Assembly: GCA_017616775.1 (NCBI GenBank)
Contig: JAFZXM010000018.1
Coordinates: forward strand, 2,221 to 66,220
Reading direction: 5' to 3'
Source of the DNA: Bacteroidales bacterium
GTDB lineage: Bacteria; Bacteroidota; Bacteroidia; Bacteroidales; WCHB1-69
DNA length: 64,000 nucleotides
Each line of letters begins with the position of its first letter. The first letter of the stretch is position 1. Positions 56,990 through 64,000 of the stretch are shown here, piece after piece. The notes below the pieces were generated by a model. The model did not search any database. It saw only the letters and a list, made by a program, of their open reading frames with translations, and was not told where the DNA came from. The position numbers and the translations under genes are program-made.

Positions 56990-58486
56990 TTATTGCACAT
57001 CCTTTACCAATCGGACAGAGCAAGCGAGATTACGGCTGCCACTGGCCGAGGGATCGAGACTGCTCGAATTGAAGCACAAGACGTACGCGTCGTATTTACC
57101 CATGCTCGTAGCCGACCAATAGTAACCACCGGAACCGATATTGCGGACACTAGCCCCACTGCGGTTGCCGGCAGCAGGAAGGAAGACACAGCCTGCAGCC
57201 TCTATCTCCGCCCAATTGTCTGCATTGATAATATTAGACGTCCATGTCGCTGTTTTTGTATTGGTACTGTCCAAAGCATATACTGCATTGCTCCAATTGT
57301 CCGGAACTATAATTAATCCGGATACTCCCATTACTGTTCCTTTAGCATAACGTATCCTTGATGTGGTTACTCTGGTATTCAACAAATAAGTCCATTCGTC
57401 TTTGGTTAGTGTACGCCATGTACCGGGAACATCGGTGGTATTTGTTTTCGGATTATAAATGGCATTATACACTCCCCAATCATAATTGGTACCTGAAATA
57501 TTGTTATCTTCATTGCCATAATCCGTAGGGTTTGTACTGGTCATATAGGGATATTTATTGTTATAACCGCTGGTACCCCAACCGAACAAGTCTATCCAAC
57601 CGGTATAAGAAGAATCTATATTGCTATTGCCTGCACCGATGGTATCCCACTGGTTGGGAGCAAAACGCCATGTACCTGCCGCTGTACTGCTATCTGCAAC
57701 TGCATGGGTGGTGGCGGTATTGCCGCCATTGGTGGCACTCCATTGCAGGTTGCCGGGAGAAAACACTACTTGTGTAGTGGCGGAAACAGAAAATACAGGC
57801 AATGCGAAAACCATGGTCAACATCTCACTCTCTGTTTGTGACTGTTGTATTGCTTCGCTGACAACACTTCTATTGTCATAGGTTGTATATCCCGTCATTT
57901 TCAATACATCGCCCTTTTGAAAAGGCTTGGAAGAAAGCAATTTCTGTGTTTTCACCAATATTGTTCCCGAATTAGTGCCTCTATAGACAATGCCATTAGT
58001 GCCGGAATGACCGGTGTTGATCAATTTCTGCACCAACCTGCCATGGGTGGTTTGGGCTACCAAAAAATACACCTGCGGATGGTTGAGACTGACTTCAAAA
58101 TGGCTTTCCCCTGCCTCCACCGGCAGATGCTTTTCCATGACAAGCTGCCCGGCTAAATTATATACCCTTAATGAGAGCTGTTCGTCTTGCGGCAAAGTAA
58201 GCACTATGCGGCTCGTTCCGTTGAAGGGATTGGGATACGAGATACAACTTGAAGTATTGCCTTCCACTTCGTTGACACCTGTTTCATCGGTGAGCGTCAG
58301 CACCGTATCGGGATAAACCAATGTTTCCGTCCAACTGCGGCTGATATTCTCAACCCTTACGGAATCCAACTGCACATATTTTCCGGCGACATCGGCACCT
58401 GTAAATGTCAACTCAATGTTTTGTGCAAAAGCTGTCTGTGCCATCATGAGGCAGACAAGTACCCATATTTGTAAACAATTTTTCAT
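56990..58486 (-). CDS. modular secreted repeat protein B (498 aa): signal peptide, N-terminal module with T9SS-CTD-like domain, 1 X domain
   Basis: The first 160 aa are 148/160 identical to protein C (hand count). X domain at 56993-57799. Confidence 0.85.
   Translation of the reverse strand: MKNCLQIWVLVCLMMAQTAFAQNIELTFTGADVAGKYVQLDSVRVENISRSWTETLVYPDTVLTLTDETGVNEVEGNTSSCISYPNPFNGTSRIVLTLPQDEQLSLRVYNLAGQLVMEKHLPVEAGESHFEVSLNHPQVYFLVAQTTHGRLVQKLINTGHSGTNGIVYRGTNSGTILVKTQKLLSSKPFQKGDVLKMTGYTTYDNRSVVSEAIQQSQTESEMLTMVFALPVFSVSATTQVVFSPGNLQWSATNGGNTATTHAVADSSTAAGTWRFAPNQWDTIGAGNSNIDSSYTGWIDLFGWGTSGYNNKYPYMTSTNPTDYGNEDNNISGTNYDWGVYNAIYNPKTNTTDVPGTWRTLTKDEWTYLLNTRVTTSRIRYAKGTVMGVSGLIIVPDNWSNAVYALDSTNTKTATWTSNIINADNWAEIEAAGCVFLPAAGNRSGASVRNIGSGGYYWSATSMGKYDAYVLCFNSSSLDPSASGSRNLACSVRLVKDVQ
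58010..58240 (-). other. internal (N-proximal) T9SS-CTD-like domain, protein B aa 83-159
   Basis: SYPNPFNGTSRIVLTLPQDEQLSLRVYNLAGQLVMEKHL...VYFLVAQTTHGRLVQKLINTG. Confidence 0.6.
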
Positions 58487-58544
58487 ATTGACTAATTTTA
58501 TTGATTTTCTTTATAAAACACTTAGAATACTGCCTCTGCTATTT

Positions 58545-61500
58545 TTATTTTACATCCTTTACAAGTCTCACGGACTTTGCGGTAAATCTGTTACCACCAC
58601 TACCCCAACACTGTACATTTGTGCGTATCACGACTATACTATATGCACTATGATCATCATAACAAGTAACCGACCAATAATAACCTCTGTCACTAGTAAG
58701 GGTATACGTACCAAGACGGTCACCCGCAGCGGGAAGAAATATTGCACCCGCCTTCTCTAAAACGGTCCATTTTGCTGCTGAAATAACATTGGAAGTAAAC
58801 GCGACAGAACCCATATTGGTACTGTCCAATGCGTATGTGGATGCATTCCAATTGTCAGGGACAACAATAAGTCCTGTCACCCCGTTCACTGTCGCTTTTG
58901 CATAGCGTATTCCGGAAGCTGTATTGCGGTTACACAAAAGATAGTTCCATTCGTTGCTGGTAGGGGTACGCCATGTACCCGGAGCATCGGTGGTATTGGT
59001 TTTGGGATTGTAAATGGCATTGTAAACGCCCCAGTCGGAATTGGCATATATTCCTGTAAGTGAATAGGAATATATGCTTCCGTCAGTAGGTCCGTAACCG
59101 TTTCCTACGGCATTGGTGTAGGGTGCAGAAGTACTACTTGAAGTACTATATGGTTGATAGAAATAATTGCCGTTGTTCCATCCGCTGGTACCCCATCCGA
59201 ATAAATCTATCCAGCCTGTATATGAAGATGATATATTATTGTTGTTTGCACCTATAGTATCCCATTGGTTAGGGGAAAAGCGCCATGTGCCTGCCGCTGT
59301 GCCGTTGCCTGCCACCACATGGGTGGTGGGAGTATTGCCGCCGTTGGTGGCACTCCATTGCAAGTTGCCGGGAGAAAATTCTACAGAATCGGTAGCACTC
59401 ACGGAAAAAACTGCACGTTTTATATTAGAGATAGTAGTAAACGAAACTTCGTTACCGTAGGCCGTACCCACACTATTGGTAGCATAGGCACGCACATAAT
59501 AGGTGGTTCCGGGTTTCAAACCTGAAATATTACTCGTAAAACTGCCCGTACCACTACCATTGACGGTATTGTTCTTGTTAATGGTAGGATATGGAATAGT
59601 ATCCCAACATATACCGCGTACGTTGACAGGAACACCTCCGTCATTAATTACATTTCCACCGCCGACAGCTGTGGTGTCCGTGAGATTGCTTATGGTATCG
59701 GTAATCACTATGGGAAGACCGGGAGCAGGTGTACTCACAGAGCGAACAAGTCGTACTGACCGTCCGGTATATCTGTTACCGCCATTATACCCGTGTACAT
59801 TAGAACTAATTACGACCATAGCGTTTGCGCCATTGCTTGCCAGACACGTAACCGACCAGTAATAACCCCTATCTGCGGTATTGGCATACGTACCGAGACG
59901 GCTACCCGCAGCTGGAAGAAATATTGCACCCGCATTCTCTAAAGTGGTCCAATTTGCTGCTAAAATAATATTAGAAGTAAATGCAACAGTACCCATATTG
60001 GTACTATTCAATGCATATGTTGATGCATTCCAATTATCAGGAACGATAATGAGACCTGTTACCCCGTTCACTGTCGCTTTTGCATAACGTATTCCGGAAG
60101 CTGTATTGCGGTTGAACAAAAGATAGTTCCATTCGTTGCTGGTAGGAGTACGCCATGTACCCGGGGCATCGGTAGAATTCGTTCTGGGATTGTAAATGGC
60201 ATTGTAAACACCCCAGTCGGAATTGGCATATGCTCCTGTAAGTGAATAGGAATATATGCTTCCGTCGGTAGGTCCGTAACCATTTCCTATAGTACTGGTA
60301 TAGGGCGCAGAAGTACTACTTGAAGTACTATATGGTTGATAAAAATAATTGCCGTTGTTCCATCCGCTGGTTCCCCATCCGAACAAGTCTATCCAACCGG
60401 TATAAGTAGAGGAAACATTACTGTTGTTTGCACCTATGGTATCCCATTGGTTGGGGGCAAAACGCCATGTACCTGCCGCTGTGCCGTTGCCTGCCACCAC
60501 ATGGGTGGTGGGAGTATTGCCGCCGTTGGTGGCACTCCATTGCAAGTTGCCGGGAGAAAATTCCACAGAATCGGTAGCACTCACGGAAAATACTGCACGT
60601 TTTATATTAGAGATAGTAGTAAACGAAACTTCGTTGCCATAAGCCGTACCGAATTTATTGGTAGCATAAGCACGCACGTAATAAGTGGTACCGGGTTTTA
60701 ATCCGGTGATATTGCTTGTAAACCTGCCCAATCCGCTGCCATTGACAATATGTTTGCCGCTGACGGTAGGGGCAGGTAATGTATCCCAACATATACCGCG
60801 GGCGGTAACAGGATCACCTCCATCATTCAATACATTTCCTCCGCCAACAGCAGTAGTATCCGTGATATTGCCCACTGTATCAGTAATAATGGTGGGAAGC
60901 CCTGCTTTAGTAGCAAATATTATTAGGTTGCCATAGGCCGTTCCCACACTATTGGTTGCATAGGCACGCACATAATAGGTGGTATTCGGTTTCAATCCTG
61001 TGATATTGCTTGTAAACCTTCCCATACCTCTGCCATTGATAGTGTGTCTGCCACTTATGGTAGGGTTAGAAATGGTATCCCAACATATACCGCGGACGGT
61101 AATAGGAGCACCTCCATCATTCGTTACATTTCCTCCGCCAACAGCAGTAGTATCTGTAATATTGCTCACCGTATCAGTAATAATGGTGGGAAGCACGGCT
61201 TTAGTAGTAAATGTTATTTGATTGCCATAGGCCGTACCCACACTATTGGTAGCATAGGCACGTACGTAATAGGTGGTACTATAAGTCAGGCCTGTCATAT
61301 TACTTGTAAACTTTCCTACACCGCCACCATTGACAGTATGTTTGCCGCTGATGGTAGGATTGGGAATGGTATCCCAACATATACCGCGTGCGGTAACGGC
61401 AACACCGCCTTCGTTAATTACATTTCCTCCACAAACAGCGGTAGTATCCGTGATATTGCTTACGGTATCGGTAATCACTATGGGAAGTTCAGGTGCCGGT

Positions 61501-63386
61501 GTGCCTAAAGAGCGAACCAGTCGCACAGAGTGTCCATAATAGCGGGCATTACCATGGAAATACTGAAACCGACAGACTGTTTCTTGGAAATTGATATTAT
61601 GTCCGGTGTTACATCCAAAACCTGTGGATGCCCAATATACACCGATGGTAGACACATTGAAAACTGATGAACCGGAACGGCTCCCTGCTGCGGGAAGGAA
61701 TACACAACCGGCATTCTCCAATACCGACACCCACTGTGCAGCTGTTATCACATTGGTGGCAAATGAAACAGTTCCGGTATTGACACTGTCGAGCGTATAG
61801 ACAGCTTGACTCCAATTGTCCGGAACGATGATTATGCCTGCCACCCCGTTCACCGTTGCTTTGGCAAAACGCACTCCGGAAGCTGTGCTGCGTGTCTCTA
61901 AAAGATAAGACCACTCCAATTGTGTGAGTGTCCGCCATGTGCCGGGAGCATCGGTAGAGTTCGTTCTGGGATTATACACGGCATTGTAAACACCCCAGTC
62001 ATAATTGGCACTTGTGCCTATAAGATGGGTATCCTGCATATTCAAGGAAGGACCGTAACCATAATAATTGAATATAGTATCTATAACCGGAGTATAGTAA
62101 CCCCTACTATACGGCTGGTAATACACGTTGTTAGTATCAAGAGAATAGTGATAACCGCTTGTGCCCCAACCGAACAAGTCTATCCACCCTGTATAGGTGG
62201 AGGATATTTTTCTATTGCCTATACCGATAGTATCCCATTGGTTAGGGGCAAAGCGCCATGTACCTGCCGCTCTTCCGTTGCCTGCAACGGTATGGGTGGT
62301 GGGAGCGGCACCTCCGTTGGTGGCACTCCACTGCAGATTGCCGGGAGAAAATTCAACAGAATCGGTGGCACTCACGGAAAATATCACATGGATAATCTTA
62401 GTGGCAGTAGTAAAGGTTACTTCGTTGCCGTAAGCCGTGCCTTCACTATTGGTAGCATAGGCACGTACGTAATAGGTGGTTCCGGGAGTCAATCCCGTCA
62501 TATTACTGATAAACACGCCCAAACCGCTGCCATTGACAGTATGCTTGCCGCTGATGGTAGGGGCGGGTAATGTATCCCAACATATACCGCGGGCAGTCAC
62601 CGGAGCTTTGCCGTCGTTAATAACATTTCCTCCGCCGACAGCAGAACTATCCATGATGCTGGTCACCGTATCGGTGACAACTACCGGAATATCTTTATCT
62701 TGCAATATAAAATACAAAGTATAGCTTTCGTCTACCCATTGTTCCTGTATCATATCATCGTTGACTATCACCTCGCCGTCAAAAGTGACATAGCCGTTTA
62801 CCTTCAAAATATCGCCTCTTTGGAAGGGCTTTGAGGAATGCAACTTGCGTGTTTTTGACGGCATATGGTTTTGAGTACCCATGTAAACAATACTGTTGCC
62901 TCCTGCATGACCGGTATTAATCAGTTTTTGCACTAACTTACCATGAACAGTATGGACTATCAAAAAATATACCTGCGGATGATCCAGACTGATTTCAAAA
63001 TCACTCTCCCCTGCTTCCACTTGTACGCACTTTTCCATCACCTGCTGCCCTTGCATGTTATAAACAAACAATGTCACTTGCCCGCTTTGCGGCAGAGTAA
63101 GCACCACACGACTTGTGCCATGAAAAGGATTGGGATACGAAATGCACTTTGCTACATCTCCCGTCACTTCACTGACACTTGTTTGATCGTCAAGTATCAA
63201 CACCGTATCGGGATAAATAAGCTTTTCCGTCCAATTGCGGGTAAGATTCTCCACCCTTACAGAATCCAGCTGCACATATTCCCTATGGTTGGTACATCCT
63301 GTAAAGGATAGTGTGATTGTTTGTGAAAAAGCTGTTTGCACCATCAACAGGCACACCGCTACAAAAACTTGTAAACTACTCTTCAT
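58545..63386 (-). CDS. modular secreted repeat protein A (1613 aa): signal peptide, N-terminal module with T9SS-CTD-like domain, 5 FN3/Ig-like modules, 3 X domains
   Basis: Module map by hand count: N 62691-63386, Y 62388-62690, X1 61509-62387, Y-Y-Y 60597-61508, X2 59739-60596, Y 59415-59738, X3 58548-59414. Confidence 0.85.
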   Translation of the reverse strand: MKSSLQVFVAVCLLMVQTAFSQTITLSFTGCTNHREYVQLDSVRVENLTRNWTEKLIYPDTVLILDDQTSVSEVTGDVAKCISYPNPFHGTSRVVLTLPQSGQVTLFVYNMQGQQVMEKCVQVEAGESDFEISLDHPQVYFLIVHTVHGKLVQKLINTGHAGGNSIVYMGTQNHMPSKTRKLHSSKPFQRGDILKVNGYVTFDGEVIVNDDMIQEQWVDESYTLYFILQDKDIPVVVTDTVTSIMDSSAVGGGNVINDGKAPVTARGICWDTLPAPTISGKHTVNGSGLGVFISNMTGLTPGTTYYVRAYATNSEGTAYGNEVTFTTATKIIHVIFSVSATDSVEFSPGNLQWSATNGGAAPTTHTVAGNGRAAGTWRFAPNQWDTIGIGNRKISSTYTGWIDLFGWGTSGYHYSLDTNNVYYQPYSRGYYTPVIDTIFNYYGYGPSLNMQDTHLIGTSANYDWGVYNAVYNPRTNSTDAPGTWRTLTQLEWSYLLETRSTASGVRFAKATVNGVAGIIIVPDNWSQAVYTLDSVNTGTVSFATNVITAAQWVSVLENAGCVFLPAAGSRSGSSVFNVSTIGVYWASTGFGCNTGHNINFQETVCRFQYFHGNARYYGHSVRLVRSLGTPAPELPIVITDTVSNITDTTAVCGGNVINEGGVAVTARGICWDTIPNPTISGKHTVNGGGVGKFTSNMTGLTYSTTYYVRAYATNSVGTAYGNQITFTTKAVLPTIITDTVSNITDTTAVGGGNVTNDGGAPITVRGICWDTISNPTISGRHTINGRGMGRFTSNITGLKPNTTYYVRAYATNSVGTAYGNLIIFATKAGLPTIITDTVGNITDTTAVGGGNVLNDGGDPVTARGICWDTLPAPTVSGKHIVNGSGLGRFTSNITGLKPGTTYYVRAYATNKFGTAYGNEVSFTTISNIKRAVFSVSATDSVEFSPGNLQWSATNGGNTPTTHVVAGNGTAAGTWRFAPNQWDTIGANNSNVSSTYTGWIDLFGWGTSGWNNGNYFYQPYSTSSSTSAPYTSTIGNGYGPTDGSIYSYSLTGAYANSDWGVYNAIYNPRTNSTDAPGTWRTPTSNEWNYLLFNRNTASGIRYAKATVNGVTGLIIVPDNWNASTYALNSTNMGTVAFTSNIILAANWTTLENAGAIFLPAAGSRLGTYANTADRGYYWSVTCLASNGANAMVVISSNVHGYNGGNRYTGRSVRLVRSVSTPAPGLPIVITDTISNLTDTTAVGGGNVINDGGVPVNVRGICWDTIPYPTINKNNTVNGSGTGSFTSNISGLKPGTTYYVRAYATNSVGTAYGNEVSFTTISNIKRAVFSVSATDSVEFSPGNLQWSATNGGNTPTTHVVAGNGTAAGTWRFSPNQWDTIGANNNNISSSYTGWIDLFGWGTSGWNNGNYFYQPYSTSSSTSAPYTNAVGNGYGPTDGSIYSYSLTGIYANSDWGVYNAIYNPKTNTTDAPGTWRTPTSNEWNYLLCNRNTASGIRYAKATVNGVTGLIVVPDNWNASTYALDSTNMGSVAFTSNVISAAKWTVLEKAGAIFLPAAGDRLGTYTLTSDRGYYWSVTCYDDHSAYSIVVIRTNVQCWGSGGNRFTAKSVRLVKDVK
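58548..60905 (-). repeat. two tandem ~1.17-1.19-kb coding units (FN3-like plus X domain) in gene A
   Basis: Unit 2 is 59739-60905 and unit 3 is 58548-59738. The X domains are 227/250 identical over their first 250 aa (hand count). Antisense shadow ORFs recur at matching offsets (59167.., 60424.., 62197..). Confidence 0.85.
60597..61508 (-). repeat. three consecutive FN3/Ig-like ~100-aa modules in gene A
   Basis: Boundaries are 61200-61508, 60906-61199 and 60597-60905. Signature: LP.I.TDTV.NITDTTAV.GGNV.N.GG..V..RGICWDT...PT.SG.H..NG.G.G.FTSN.TGL...TTYYVRAYATN..GTAYGN. Confidence 0.85.
62910..63140 (-). other. internal (N-proximal) T9SS-CTD-like domain, protein A aa 83-159
   Basis: SYPNPFHGTSRVVLTLPQSGQVTLFVYNMQGQQVMEKCV...VYFLIVHTVHGKLVQKLINTG. 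Confidence 0.6.
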
Positions 63387-63458
63387 ACATGATTTTTATT
63401 TGGATATAACTATAAATTCCCATTTGCCCCATACCGACAAAACTACTATAATAAAATG

Positions 63459-63466
63459 CAAATATA
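63459..63466 (-). promoter_or_regulatory. candidate -7 box TATATTTG for the three-gene operon
   Basis: Plus-strand CAAATATA lies 73 nt upstream of the ATG at 63386. No comparable box occurs in the 58-nt A-B and B-C spacers. Confidence 0.35.
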
Positions 63467-63661
63467 ACACTTTTTTTAAAAATATTTTCGGGGACAAACA
63501 AAAACGAAATGTCCTGCAAAAAAGGGCTTGCCGCGCCAAAAAAAGCTGACACATTATAGAACAGCAAAACAAGGGGATGCACATAATATCACAGCCTTTT
63601 GCAAGCCCGGATTTACGGATACGCTTTCCGTTGCTGAATTGTTAAATTTCCCGCTTCGGGT

Positions 63662-64000
63662 TCATTCCCTGCTTAATGCCATCATTTGTTCTGACAATTG
63701 TTCCCACTCTGCCATGGCTGCATCGAGTTGCTGTTGGGCTGTCTGATAGTCTTGATACAATGTTCCGGAAGCTATTTCCCGGGCATATTGCTCATGATTG
63801 GACAATTTGGCAGACACTTGTTTGATTGTTTCTTCTTTATCGGCTATGGTGAGTTCCAATTCTTCTATTTTTTTGGCGAGCTTGCGTATTTTGCTGTCTT
63901 TTTGCTTTTGCTCTTCCCAAGATATTTTCACCTGTGTTTTTTCCGGTGCGGCATTTACAGGTGCTGGCATGTTGCCGGCTGCTGCACTTGGGCTCCATTG
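63662..64000 (-). CDS. C-terminal part of an ABC-F type ATPase (partial; continues beyond the window)
   Basis: The frame is open to the window edge. The Lys/Glu-rich coiled-coil tail (KIRKLAKKIEELELTIADKEETIKQ...QQQLDAAMAEWEQLSEQ) is typical of ABC-F C-terminal domains. No ATPase motifs are visible in the window. Confidence 0.45.
   Translation of the reverse strand, partial: QWSPSAAAGNMPAPVNAAPEKTQVKISWEEQKQKDSKIRKLAKKIEELELTIADKEETIKQVSAKLSNHEQYAREIASGTLYQDYQTAQQQLDAAMAEWEQLSEQMMALSRE

Noticed and set aside
53707-63386. The periodic repeats could be a CRISPR array or a non-coding satellite.
   Set aside because: The repeat units are 0.3-1.2 kb and lie entirely within long open reading frames. 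They are conserved at the protein level with synonymous differences. No short constant repeat/unique spacer structure exists, and no cas genes are present.
35504-63386. This could be a diversity-generating retroelement (DGR) acting on the hypervariable patches of the X domains. The scaffold is lectin-type, the variable region sits near the 3-prime end, NNC/NNT codon runs occur (tac tac cca tac tac; tgt tat gat gat cat agt), and a GC-rich structured element lies after the 35504 gene.
   Set aside because: No reverse transcriptase ORF and no template repeat are visible anywhere in the window. Codon-by-codon comparison of the X2 and X3 patches shows differences at all three codon positions, not only at positions explainable by adenine mutagenesis of one template. 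A trans-acting DGR elsewhere in the genome cannot be excluded, so this is kept only as a check under the hypervariable-patch finding.
63387-63661. There could be an invertible promoter (phase-variation switch) upstream of the three-gene operon.
   Set aside because: I found no inverted repeats flanking the candidate -7 box, and no tyrosine or serine recombinase gene occurs nearby in the window.
1-64000. I looked for tRNA, rRNA, tmRNA, RNase P, riboswitch, transposase/IS and prophage genes.
   Set aside because: Scanning all intergenic regions by eye showed no cloverleaf-compatible or rRNA-like sequence and no integrase, transposase or phage structural ORFs. A computational scan (tRNAscan-SE, Infernal/Rfam, ISfinder) would be needed to exclude small RNAs rigorously.

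Overview
This 64-kb chromosomal window comes from a Bacteroidota (Bacteroidales-like) genome. The phylum call rests on four things: TAnnTTTG -7 promoter boxes upstream of most transcription units, canonical C-terminal T9SS sorting domains, Bacteroidota-typical DUF families, and the ftsX-DUF3098-uppP gene order. About 50 protein-coding genes are supported. Most are housekeeping: rbr, aat, buk, glmS, prfB, recX, sod, pepT, nusB, aroK, pyrC-like, mazG, ftsX, uppP, a POT peptide transporter, polysaccharide/nucleotide-sugar enzymes and ABC transporters. I found no tRNA, rRNA, CRISPR array, transposase or integrase. Three regions are not ordinary. (1) 53.7-63.4 kb holds a minus-strand operon of three tandem paralogous giant secreted proteins (1613, 498 and 1074 aa). 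They are built from only three module types and carry a T9SS-CTD-like domain near the N-terminus instead of at the C-terminus. Their lectin-type domains have a hypervariable C-terminal patch. A fourth dispersed family member lies at 35.5 kb. (2) 26.2-29.5 kb, between prfB and sod, is a decayed type I restriction-modification locus. It contains hsdM, hsdS and hsdR stubs and a doubly frameshifted DUF1016 nuclease gene. Its only intact gene is a strongly AT-rich cassette encoding an HExxH protein, a candidate defence effector. (3) 0.86-4.9 kb holds a T9SS subtilase with three tandem 145-aa repeats, preceded by a stand-alone lipoprotein copy of its own N-terminal region. prfB carries the classical +1 programmed frameshift, which the ORF track misses. 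Eight ORF-track starts are corrected using promoter-box positions and N-terminal signal peptides. All family assignments come from motifs read by eye; no database search was possible.
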